Assembly (NCBI GenBank): GCA_045657425.1
Contig: JAZOTA010000045.1
Location: 48,705 to 112,704 of the forward strand
Length of the DNA stretch: 64,000 nucleotides
Source of the DNA: Eubacteriales bacterium
GTDB lineage: Bacteria; Bacillota; Clostridia; Oscillospirales; CAG-382
Reading direction: 5' to 3'
Shown: positions 8,827 through 17,323 of the stretch, piece by piece
Layout of the letters: every line of letters begins with the position of its first letter
Numbering within the stretch: position 1 is the first letter of the stretch
Program-made: the position numbers and the translations under genes
The notes under the pieces: generated by a model
What the model saw: the letters and a program-made list of their open reading frames with translations, nothing else
Databases searched by the model: none
Told to the model about the DNA's origin: nothing

Positions 8827-9111
8827 ATGGCAATCCAGAAAACGATGCGCGCGCTTGCCGACCCGATAAGGCGCGAAATACTTAATATGTTAAAATTGGG
8901 ACGTATGTCGGCAGGCGATATTACCGAAAGGTTTGACGTTACGGGAGCTTCGGTCTCGCGCCATCTTTCGGTATTAAAGGATGCCGACCTTATCCGCGAT
9001 ACGCGAGAAGGGAAGTTTATTTATTACGAATTGAACGCATCGGTGCTTGAAGAAATTATGCTTTGGATAAGCGGCTTGAAGGGAGATAACGATAATGCTG
9101 AAGAAAAATAA
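8827..9111 (+). CDS. ArsR family transcriptional regulator (SdpR-like autorepressor)
   Basis: ..LADPIRREILNMLKLGRMSAGDITERFDVTGASVSRHLSVLKDADLI.. is a winged HTH of ArsR/SmtB type. The start is set at MAIQ, after GAGGAG. Confidence 0.85.
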   Translation: MAIQKTMRALADPIRREILNMLKLGRMSAGDITERFDVTGASVSRHLSVLKDADLIRDTREGKFIYYELNASVLEEIMLWISGLKGDNDNAEEK

Positions 9112-10177
9112 GATTCAAATAATCATCGCGTCGGCGGTAAACTTTTTGCCGACTCTGCTCGGCTTGATATTTTGGGATAAATTGCCCGAAGCCTTTCCCA
9201 CCCATTGGGGTGTCGACGGAACGGCAGACAGTTTTGGCGGCAGATTGTTCTTCGTTTTGGGTATGCCGTTAATACTTTATGCGCTTTTCTGGTTCTGCCT
9301 TATCTTTACTTCAAGGGATTCGGGCAACAAGGATCAGCACAATAAGGTTTTCAGTATGATGATCTGGATAATGCCCTTTATCTCGCTTTTCGTGTCTGCG
9401 ATATCCTATTTCGGCGCAACCGGCAACGGGCTCGATGCAATTATGTTTTTACCCGTGATTCTCGGTATTCTGTTTGCCGTAATGGGTAATTATATGCCTA
9501 AATGCAAGAAAAACCGTACCATAGGCGTTAAAATCAAATGGACTCTCGAAAACGAGGAAAACTGGAACGCAACCCACCGCTTTGCGGGTAAAGTAATGTT
9601 TTTCGGCGGACTTTTGATGATGCTTTGCTGCTTTCTGCCCGATTTTTGGGGCTTCGGCGTTGCATTGGCAATTGTTTTCGTAAGCTGTTTCTCGACCTTC
9701 CTTTACTCCTATGTATATTACAAAAAGCAGAAAAGGGCAGGCACTTACGTTGTAGATTCCAAGGTAAAGCCGATGAAAAAATCGGCAAAGATTGGAACCG
9801 CGGTCGCCGTTGTATTGATACTCGCTTGCGTTGCGGTTTTGATGTTTACGGGTGACGTTGAGGTTGTGATAAGTGATGAAACGCTGACGGTAGACAGTAT
9901 CTATCACAGCGAAACGTCGTTTGCGCTTGACGACATCGATACTATTCAGTACGTTAAAAGCTTCGAGGGCGGTCTTCGCAACGTCGGTTTTTCGAGTGCC
10001 AAATTGGCGCTTGGCGACTATACGAACGATAAATACAGCTATTTAAGCTACCGCTATGTGGGTACCGATTCCTGTGTGGTTCTTTTCACAAAGCACGGCA
10101 TAATCGCAATAAACCAAAGCACCGAAGAAGCAACAAAGGCGCTTTACGATGAATTGATGGCAAAAACCGTAAAATAA
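9095..10177 (+). CDS. SdpI/YhfL-family membrane protein (DUF1648 + SdpI-like TM region) with a C-terminal bacterial PH-like domain
   Basis: 360 aa. The N-terminal ..LPEAFPTHWGVDGTADSFG.. motif is typical of DUF1648/SdpI, with multiple TMs and a soluble tail of about 110 aa. It overlaps the ArsR gene by 17 nt. Confidence 0.7.
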   Translation: MLKKNKIQIIIASAVNFLPTLLGLIFWDKLPEAFPTHWGVDGTADSFGGRLFFVLGMPLILYALFWFCLIFTSRDSGNKDQHNKVFSMMIWIMPFISLFVSAISYFGATGNGLDAIMFLPVILGILFAVMGNYMPKCKKNRTIGVKIKWTLENEENWNATHRFAGKVMFFGGLLMMLCCFLPDFWGFGVALAIVFVSCFSTFLYSYVYYKKQKRAGTYVVDSKVKPMKKSAKIGTAVAVVLILACVAVLMFTGDVEVVISDETLTVDSIYHSETSFALDDIDTIQYVKSFEGGLRNVGFSSAKLALGDYTNDKYSYLSYRYVGTDSCVVLFTKHGIIAINQSTEEATKALYDELMAKTVK

Positions 10178-10214
10178 AAGAAAGCGCGGGGTGTAAAAAC
10201 CTCACGCTTTTTGT

Positions 10215-10952
10215 TTAATCTTCAAGCAAAACGCTGATTGCCGAAAGGACGTATCCGCTTGCGGTTTCGGTGCGGAGTATTCGCTTGCCGAGTCCTGCAA
10301 GGCCAATGCCGTTTTCCTTTGCAAGAGCTGTTTCCTTTTCTGAAAGTCCGCCCTCGGGACCGATAAGGAAGCCGATTGTTTCGGGTCTTTCCTTTAAAAG
10401 CTCACGCACGGGGAGAGTGCCGTCACCCTCATAGCAGACAAAGCCGATATCCTTGCTCTTGATTTCCTTTATCGCTTCGCTATAGCTGATAATTCCGCGT
10501 ATTTCGGGGATTATCGTTCTGCCGCATTGAGCCGATGCCGATTCGCTTATTTTTTTAAGACGCTCGATGCGCTTTGCAAACGCCTTCGCATCGGGACGGG
10601 CAACGCAACGCTCGCTCATAACGGCGACGATTTCATAAGCGCCCAATTCGACCGCCTTTTGTATTACGGTATCAAGCTTGTCGCCCTTGGGGAAGCATTG
10701 ATAGACCGAAACGCAAAACGGCATTTCGGTGTCGTTATGCTCGGGCTCGCCGAGAAGGGCAAAAAGACCGTCGCGGGTGATTTCGGTAATCGTTGCGTTA
10801 TAGGAATTACCGTGCATATCGCAAATATGAAGACTGTCGCCGACATTTTTGCGAAGCACACGGAGAATGTGGTTGGCATCGCTTCCGTCGATAAAAGCCG
10901 ATCCGTTATCGATTCGGTCGCTGCCAATATAGATTCGAGGTATAAAAGCCAT
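10215..10952 (-). CDS. rsmE: 16S rRNA (uracil1498-N3)-methyltransferase RsmE
   Basis: ..PRIYIGS..HILRVLR.. PUA-like N-terminus and C-terminal SPOUT motif ..FLIGPEGGLSEKE..LGKRILRTETA... The start is set at MAF, after TAGGAG. Confidence 0.88.
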   Translation of the reverse strand: MAFIPRIYIGSDRIDNGSAFIDGSDANHILRVLRKNVGDSLHICDMHGNSYNATITEITRDGLFALLGEPEHNDTEMPFCVSVYQCFPKGDKLDTVIQKAVELGAYEIVAVMSERCVARPDAKAFAKRIERLKKISESASAQCGRTIIPEIRGIISYSEAIKEIKSKDIGFVCYEGDGTLPVRELLKERPETIGFLIGPEGGLSEKETALAKENGIGLAGLGKRILRTETASGYVLSAISVLLED

Positions 10953-11123
10953 TAAAAGCAACTCCTATTTTAAACTGCGATTATTATATACCAAAAAGGA
11001 TAATAAGTCAATCTTTGTCGATGCGTGTCGGACGAAAGTTTAAAATGCTATTGACTTTTTTGGGGGTTGGTTGTAGAATATAAATGCAAATAATGCAAAT
11101 ACTTATTGTGCCGGAGGTTATTT

Positions 11124-11414
11124 ATGGCCGATAATTTTGACAGAGAAAATATCTTCACTCTCACCGATGAGGAAGGAAACGAAAGCGAATTCGAGCTTTT
11201 GGGCGAGCTTAATATTGACGATAATACATATTTAGCTCTCATTCCGCTTGACGGCGATGAAGATGAATACGTTATCCTTAAAGTAGAGGTCGACGAAAAC
11301 GGCGACGAGCTTTTGGTCACCATCGACGATGATGATGAATTCGATAAGGTTGCCGATGCTTTTGAAGATACCTTCATGGGCGAAATCGATCTTGACGGCT
11401 CTGTAGAAGAGTAA
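11124..11414 (+). CDS. DUF1292 family small acidic protein
   Basis: ..TLTDEEGNESEFELLGELNIDDNTYLALIP..DEYVILKV.. is typical of DUF1292. GGAGG RBS. TTGACT-N17-TAGAAT promoter at 11051-11079. Confidence 0.8.
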   Translation: MADNFDRENIFTLTDEEGNESEFELLGELNIDDNTYLALIPLDGDEDEYVILKVEVDENGDELLVTIDDDDEFDKVADAFEDTFMGEIDLDGSVEE

Positions 11415-11440
11415 TCGTAAAAAAACAGTATCTTTTTGAT

Positions 11441-11716
11441 ACTCCAACCTGCGGGGTACGTGCGTTACGGGTCTTTGACCCAATAACCGCTGCCTCGTGT
11501 AAAAACCCACAAGAAAGAAAGGGAGCTCATATTCCGCTGTGGTGAAGCAGGCCTCCCGCATGCATTCTGCGTGCGGACGTTGGAAGCACTAAAGCATCGG
11601 AGAGGGCACCCACCTGCACAAAGCAGGGTTTCATTCTCACGGGGGCACGGCCCATGCGGGGGATAAAAACGTATAATTTTTAAGAGAATCGGGCATACCG
11701 ATTCTTTTGACTTTTT
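11441..11716 (+). ncRNA. Unclassified structured RNA candidate (cis-regulatory leader of the M20 gene, or a stand-alone ncRNA; strand uncertain)
   Basis: The IGR is GC-rich and packed with helices (11469-81, 11556-76, 11613-27, 11643-53). A C-rich hub at 11552-62 has three alternative G-rich partners. It ends in an 11-bp terminator hairpin at 11682-11708 plus a U-tract. Three helices contain G-U pairs only when read on the + strand. Confidence 0.35.
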
Positions 11717-11724
11717 GGTGGATT

Positions 11725-12867
11725 ATGAAAAATATTTTTGAATTTATCGATAACAACGAGCAGAAGTTTCTTTCCTTTTGGGAGGATATTTGTAATTTAG
11801 AGGGCGTTGCCGAGGACAAGGCTTCGCTTGATAAGGTTGCCGATAAAATCCAAAATTTCGCAAGTGAGCTCGGTCTTTTTGTAAACCGCATTCCTTTTGA
11901 CAATTGCGGTGATTTTTTGGTTATCGATACAAAACAAAACGCAAACAAGGGCGTTTGCTTCCTTGCGCATATGGATACTGTACATAAAAACGGAGCTTTC
12001 GGATATCCGCCCGTTAAAAACGAGGGTGACCGATTGATAGGCCCCGGTGTTATCGACTGCAAGGGCGGTATTGCAATCGCTTTGCTTGCCATGAAGGCGC
12101 TTGAAATCAACGGATACGAAAATAACTGCCGTTTGCTTTTAACCTCCGACGAGGAAATAAGCAACCGTTTGGGCGGCGAAAAGGAAATGCAGATCATCCG
12201 CGATTCGGTTAAAGGCTACAAGGCGGCGTTTAATTGCGAGGTCGCGGGGGTTGACGAGGTCGTCGTTTCGCGCAAGGGTATATTGCGCTATAAGCTTGAA
12301 ATTTCGGGAATTGCATCCCACGCAGGCATCGATTATTTTTCGGGCGCAAGTGCGGTTCGCGAGGCGGCGTACAAGATACTCGCGCTTGAGTCACTCAGCA
12401 CCGACGGCGGCACTACCTTTAACTGCGGAATAATCAACGGCGGACAATTGACGAATATCGTCCCCGAAAAATGCGAGATATTTATCGACGTCCGCGTGAA
12501 GGATCGTGATGCTATGCAGGAAGCGATTAAAACGCTCGAAGCCGAAGCCGAAAAGGTATACGTTTCGGGCACGAAGACCAAGCTTTGCTTTATCAGCAAG
12601 CGCGAGCCGATGCTGCGTAACGAGGACACCGAAAAGCTGTTTTTGCATCTTAAAAATATTTCTGACAAATATTCGCTCGGCAATCTTATCCCCATCGAAA
12701 GCGGTGGCGGAAGCGATTCGGCATATACCCAGCTTGCGGGAGTTCCGAGCGTTTGCGCAGTCGGCGCGACCGGTGATTTTTGCCACACCACGCGCGAATA
12801 TGCAAATATTTCGTCGCTCACAACCCGTGCAAAGCTGCTTTCTGCCGCAACCGTCGAAATGGAATAG
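11725..12867 (+). CDS. M20 family metallopeptidase (carboxypeptidase G2 / glutamate carboxypeptidase-like)
   Basis: ..CFLAHMDTVH..GPGVIDCKGGIA..LLLTSDEEI.. and a C-terminal ..GGGSDSAY.. match M20 metal-binding motifs. The start is set at the ATG at 11725; the ORF track begins at a TTG at 11707 inside the terminator tail. Confidence 0.85.
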   Translation: MKNIFEFIDNNEQKFLSFWEDICNLEGVAEDKASLDKVADKIQNFASELGLFVNRIPFDNCGDFLVIDTKQNANKGVCFLAHMDTVHKNGAFGYPPVKNEGDRLIGPGVIDCKGGIAIALLAMKALEINGYENNCRLLLTSDEEISNRLGGEKEMQIIRDSVKGYKAAFNCEVAGVDEVVVSRKGILRYKLEISGIASHAGIDYFSGASAVREAAYKILALESLSTDGGTTFNCGIINGGQLTNIVPEKCEIFIDVRVKDRDAMQEAIKTLEAEAEKVYVSGTKTKLCFISKREPMLRNEDTEKLFLHLKNISDKYSLGNLIPIESGGGSDSAYTQLAGVPSVCAVGATGDFCHTTREYANISSLTTRAKLLSAATVEME

Positions 12868-12909
12868 AAAAGAAAATCAGGTGAGAATTTAATTCCCACC
12901 TGATTATTT

Positions 12910-14409
12910 TTATTCGCAAATAATATTGATGCGCTCGATATTAAGCTTGTTCGTGTCGATGAAAACGGTATAAACCTGGTCCTGCTTGCTTCCGAGCGAT
13001 TCGGGATCGAATTTCACGTCGACCTGCGAGCCGTTTACAATAATCGAGGAAACCTTTGGCAAAACGTCGCTGTCCGCTTCGATAACGACAAGGATAAGAC
13101 TGTTTTTTTCAAACCAAGGTCCGTCATAGCTTTCGAACATTTCGATAAACGACGGTACTTCGTAAGTGCCTTTGTCGGTAACGTAGACGTCGTTTGACAT
13201 AATATCGTTATAATATTTGACAAGCGCAATCGTGTCGGGTATGAAGTTCGCGTACGGATAAATTCCGTCTGTACGCTTTTTGTCGGTATAGGTTGCGGTT
13301 GCTTTGAAATAGGGAGTGCCTGTTTGTACGTTTTCGGCACGCTTAACCGAGCGCCAATATAAGAAGTTAAAATTGGGGAATTCTTGGGGAGTTATATATC
13401 CGAGCTTCAACGCATCGACCAAAAGCATTTCGCGGCCGTCACCCATAATAGCAAAGACATATTGGCTTTGAATGCATGGGAAGGAATAAACAAAGTTGTC
13501 GTCTTGCCAGAATGGCTCAAGTGCGGCATCCGCTGCCTCGGTTCTGTCTTCAATGGCAACAACTCGGTTCGCCTGCGAGCTTTCCATTTCGGCGGTGGGG
13601 AATACTGCCGAGCTTGTGCCGCACGAATAGTGTATCACACGGGTGTCCCCGTAATAGGATATATCGAAAATGCCTATTTTCTCGTAATCAACGATATTTC
13701 CGCAGATGAATCTTGCCAAGGTGCTGTAATCCTTAGTCGGCGCGTCCTTGGGAATGTAAAATATCGATTGAATATAAGTGCTTTTGAAATCCGAAAGCGA
13801 TCCGAAAGCCTGCAATGCCTCGTCTGCAAAAATAAACGCATCGGGAGATGAAAGTGCGGCGAGGCGGTAGACGATAAGCGCGTGGATGCTTTGACATACG
13901 TTAACGTAGTTTGTATCAATGGTTTGCATATCCAAAGGGAATCCGGTAAGTGTACCGTTCATTAAAGGATAGCGGACAATCAGTCTGCGGTGCATCGATT
14001 CAAGTGTCGGATTGGAAATAACCGTTAAGGAATCATATTCGGAGTAGATCCTTATCGAATCCTGAATGATATAAAGCACCTCTGCCGAGGTAAGCGCAGC
14101 TTGCTTGTTTTTGTTTTCCTGCCAGTAATTGTTGAGATAGTCTTCGGAAATGACCGTTATAGATCTGCCGTCCTCGCTTATTTCGGACATATCGGAAAAC
14201 TTTTTCTGCATGTCGTTATATGAGACTGGCGGGTCCTTCGTTATAACCTCGGGCGTGCTTTCGGCAACGGTTTGAGAAACGATATCCATATCGTAATCCT
14301 TCGGCTCGCTGTCGTTTTGGGATAATACTTGCATACAGCCTGCGAGAATGAGCATCGACACAATAAGTATCGATACTACCGTTGTTAAAAACTTAAATTC
14401 CTTTTTCAT
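12910..14409 (-). CDS. Lipoprotein of unknown function
   Basis: MKKEFKFLTTVVSILIVSMLILAGC has a lipobox (LAGC). No recognisable domain. Last gene of the two-component-system operon. Confidence 0.6.
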   Translation of the reverse strand: MKKEFKFLTTVVSILIVSMLILAGCMQVLSQNDSEPKDYDMDIVSQTVAESTPEVITKDPPVSYNDMQKKFSDMSEISEDGRSITVISEDYLNNYWQENKNKQAALTSAEVLYIIQDSIRIYSEYDSLTVISNPTLESMHRRLIVRYPLMNGTLTGFPLDMQTIDTNYVNVCQSIHALIVYRLAALSSPDAFIFADEALQAFGSLSDFKSTYIQSIFYIPKDAPTKDYSTLARFICGNIVDYEKIGIFDISYYGDTRVIHYSCGTSSAVFPTAEMESSQANRVVAIEDRTEAADAALEPFWQDDNFVYSFPCIQSQYVFAIMGDGREMLLVDALKLGYITPQEFPNFNFLYWRSVKRAENVQTGTPYFKATATYTDKKRTDGIYPYANFIPDTIALVKYYNDIMSNDVYVTDKGTYEVPSFIEMFESYDGPWFEKNSLILVVIEADSDVLPKVSSIIVNGSQVDVKFDPESLGSKQDQVYTVFIDTNKLNIERINIICE

Positions 14410-14478
14410 TGTTAACACCTTCCTTTCTAAGGTTACGTTTAAAGTATAAGGTGTGTTTGTCGCCGACTTTTATCCGAC

Positions 14479-15840
14479 TTATTGCCGAGTTGTAAAATTG
14501 ATTATAACCTTCGTGCCTTTACCCAAAGCCGATTCGAAATTTATGGAAGCGTTATGCGAGTCGGCTATTTGCTTGCAAAGCGCAAGCCCCAGCCCTGCGC
14601 CGCCTTCTGCGCGTGAGCGCGATTTGTCGGTACGGTAAAAGGGCTCGGTTATGTGAAGCAGCTGTTCCTCGGTCATGCCCTTGCCGTTGTCCTCGATAAC
14701 AGCTTTTTCGTCACGGCAGGACAAAACGATCCTTCCTCCGTTTGTGCAAGCCTTTATCGCATTTTCGGTAAGGTTGTAAAAGAGCATCGAAAGCAATATT
14801 TCGTTACCCAAAACAATAGTTTTTTCGGTGTCGAGAATGATTTCGGCGTCAAAATCCTTTGCCTTGAATTGCAGCTTTTCGGAAACGTCGGCAAGTATTT
14901 CCGAAATATCGACATCGGCTTTTTCCGATTCGTTTCCGCGGATATATGCACTGTCAAGCAGGATTTCGGAAATTTTTTGAAGCCTTTCGGATTCCGACAT
15001 AATATATTTAGCGGCGATGATGCGCTTTTCCTCGGTGGTTGCCGCCTTTTCCAAAAATTCGGCATAGCCGTGAATGCTCGTAAGCGGTGTGCGAAGCTCG
15101 TGCGCCATATTGTCAACAAGCATCTGCTTGCGCTTCGCGTCGGTTTCAAGCGTTTCGAACTGCTCGTTTATCTTGTCAAGCATCGCGTTGAAGCTTCTTG
15201 CGAGAAGCGTAAATTCATCGTTGCCTTGCTCGACTGCTCTTACCGAAAAATCGCCCGATTCAATGGTTTCGGTCGTCTTGCGGAGCCGCTCCAACGGGGT
15301 TGAAAGCTTTTTAAGAATGAAATAAAGGCAGACCGCCAGAATTATCGAAACCGCCAACGCCGTGATAACGTAGGTTATCATGAGCGATTTGAATTCGTTA
15401 TCGACCGACGAGACGTTTTTGCCGAAAACAAGCTCGTATTCGCCGTTGCATACCGAAGCGGAAATAATGATATGGCGGTCACCGTTTATTTCGGTGTGCA
15501 AAAGCGAATCGGTCGGCGATTCGATATTTTCGGTATAATTTTTATACAAGGTGCTTCCGTTTTTATTAAAGGAAAGCATTATACCCTTGCTTTTGTAATG
15601 CGAGCCGAAGGTCTGCATCAAAAGCGTAGGACTTGCATTTTCGTTCATTTCCATCAGGTCGCTGTAATCTCGCTCGAAGGACATCGCAACGTAATATTGC
15701 TCTGCCGAGGCGGTTGCTTCTGCCGCAGATACGTTTTTGCTGTGGGTATATACCGTCAGCGAAAGAATACCGATATTTATACAGAACAAAAACAGAATAA
15801 GCGTGAAGATATAGGTCTTCTGCCAAAATCTCATTTTCAT
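14479..15840 (-). CDS. Sensor histidine kinase (2 TM, HAMP, HisKA, HATPase_c)
   Basis: H-box ..MAHELRTPLTSI.., N-box ..LFYNLTENAIKA.., G-boxes ..DNGKGM.. and ..GGAGLGLAL... Confidence 0.9.
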   Translation of the reverse strand: MKMRFWQKTYIFTLILFLFCINIGILSLTVYTHSKNVSAAEATASAEQYYVAMSFERDYSDLMEMNENASPTLLMQTFGSHYKSKGIMLSFNKNGSTLYKNYTENIESPTDSLLHTEINGDRHIIISASVCNGEYELVFGKNVSSVDNEFKSLMITYVITALAVSIILAVCLYFILKKLSTPLERLRKTTETIESGDFSVRAVEQGNDEFTLLARSFNAMLDKINEQFETLETDAKRKQMLVDNMAHELRTPLTSIHGYAEFLEKAATTEEKRIIAAKYIMSESERLQKISEILLDSAYIRGNESEKADVDISEILADVSEKLQFKAKDFDAEIILDTEKTIVLGNEILLSMLFYNLTENAIKACTNGGRIVLSCRDEKAVIEDNGKGMTEEQLLHITEPFYRTDKSRSRAEGGAGLGLALCKQIADSHNASINFESALGKGTKVIINFTTRQ

Positions 15841-16484
15841 ATTTCAAGTCTGTAGCCGGTTTTGTAAACCGTTTGCAAGCGGTTCGAAATGCCTAATTTT
15901 TGGCGCAATCTCTGAACGTGCACGTCGACGGTACGGCTGTCTCCTTCATAATCGAATTCCCACACAAGATATAAAAGCTTTTCGCGTGTGAGCGCAAGAT
16001 TTCGGTTGTTTATAAATGCCTCCAAAAGGTCAAATTCCTTTGGTTTAAGCATTATCTCTTTGCCGTCTTTGAAAACACGGCGGTTGTCGAACATGACCTT
16101 TATACCGTCAAATTCAAAAACGGTCGCCTCTCCCTTTGTTCTGCGAAGCACTGCTTTGACTCGCTCGACAAGCTCGATAATGTCAAACGGCTTGGTTATG
16201 TAATCGTCTGCGCCCTTGCGAAGTCCTTTTATCTTGTCGTTTGCGGTTGCCTTTGCGGTGACGAAAATAACGGGTGTGCCCTTTATATAATCGATAATAT
16301 CAAAGCCCGAAAGCTCGGGAAGCATTACGTCGAGTATCAGCAGGTCGTATTTATTCGCCAACGCCTCGTCAAGACCGCTTTTTCCGTTGAATTGTTGAAA
16401 GCATTCGTGCCCGACAAGCTCAAGATTGAATTTTATAAGATCGCTTATTGCCTTTTCGTCTTCAACGATAAGTATCTTTGCCAT
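15837..16484 (-). CDS. OmpR-family response regulator
   Basis: Receiver domain (..ILIVEDE..DLLILDVMLP..) plus a winged-helix output (..VDVHVQRLRQKL..YRL..). It overlaps the kinase gene by 4 nt. Confidence 0.92.
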   Translation of the reverse strand: MAKILIVEDEKAISDLIKFNLELVGHECFQQFNGKSGLDEALANKYDLLILDVMLPELSGFDIIDYIKGTPVIFVTAKATANDKIKGLRKGADDYITKPFDIIELVERVKAVLRRTKGEATVFEFDGIKVMFDNRRVFKDGKEIMLKPKEFDLLEAFINNRNLALTREKLLYLVWEFDYEGDSRTVDVHVQRLRQKLGISNRLQTVYKTGYRLEI

Positions 16485-16580
16485 TTGTATGCATCCCCTT
16501 TCAATATTCTTATACTACCGAATTGTTGCCAAGTTGTATACAAAAACGACCGCCTTTGTTTAAAAACGGTCGTAGTGATT

Positions 16581-17159
16581 TTATTCGGGCATCATTTCGG
16601 TATAGTCGTAGATATAGTCAACGCAAAGCTCTGCAATTTTTTCCTTGTTCTCGGCATTTGCCTCATCGAAAATGCCAACAACGTCGTACCCAGCTTCTAC
16701 CGCTGTGATAAGGGCATAATAATTGTCCTCGAAAACCAAAACATCTTCCTTGGTGCAGCCGAGCTTTTCGGCCGCAAGGTCGTAAATTGCGGGCGAACGG
16801 CGTTTGGACGTGCCGACAGCGGTGCAATCGAGCATAAATTCAAAATAGTTCTCAAAATTGGGGAATCGCTCGAAAAAGTGCTTCGACAAAACGTTGGGAG
16901 TGTCGGTCGCAACGCACATTCTTATTCCGTTTTCCTTAAGATAGTCCAAAAAATCAATAGCGGTGGGCTTGAAATCGATAACGGTGGCATATTTTGCCGC
17001 CATATAATCGCCGTGGGTGGCATACTGCGACTTATCCTCGCCAGTAAGCGACCACCAATACTGCATCGAATCGACAAGCGTGCCGTCCATATCGAAGATG
17101 AATGCTTTTTTGTTTTTTATATATTCTTTGTTTTGGTTAAGAATTTCGTAAGGATTCAC
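16581..17159 (-). CDS. HAD-superfamily hydrolase (beta-phosphoglucomutase-like subfamily)
   Basis: Motif I FIFDMDGTLVDS, with ..VATDTP.. and ..VFEDN... The start is uncertain. GTG at 17159 follows AGAGG; the ORF track start at 17201 has no RBS. Confidence 0.75.
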   Translation of the reverse strand: MNPYEILNQNKEYIKNKKAFIFDMDGTLVDSMQYWWSLTGEDKSQYATHGDYMAAKYATVIDFKPTAIDFLDYLKENGIRMCVATDTPNVLSKHFFERFPNFENYFEFMLDCTAVGTSKRRSPAIYDLAAEKLGCTKEDVLVFEDNYYALITAVEAGYDVVGIFDEANAENKEKIAELCVDYIYDYTEMMPE

Positions 17160-17323
17160 TTTTTTACCTCTCGGTGCATTTAATATACCGTATAATATCA
17201 TATATGTGCAAAATATTCAATAATAAACGAAAAAATTAGAGGGAAAAATGCGAAATAATACTTGAAATGAGCAAAACGGGGTGATATAATAATAAGAACT
17301 AATTTTCGGAGGTATATCGACTT

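Noticed and set aside
11415-11724. Identification of the structured IGR as SRP RNA, tmRNA, 6S RNA, RNase P RNA, T-box, cobalamin, lysine, glycine, SAM, guanidine-I or c-di-GMP-I riboswitch
   Set aside because: The diagnostic cores are absent or only fragmentary. Those checked were GGAAGCAGC of SRP helix 8, the tRNA-like ends of tmRNA, the GGUGGUACCGCG T-box, the GCCACUG B12 box, AGAGGNGC of the L-box, CCGAAGG of the glycine riboswitch, and others. The ends do not form the long closing helix expected of 6S RNA. The region is kept as unclassified.
11232-12197. Minus-strand ORFs 11232-11561 (109 aa) and 11637-12197 (186 aa) overlapping the IGR and the M20 gene
   Set aside because: There is no RBS and the composition is low-complexity. 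They overlap a well-supported + strand gene (DUF1292 or M20) and the structured IGR.
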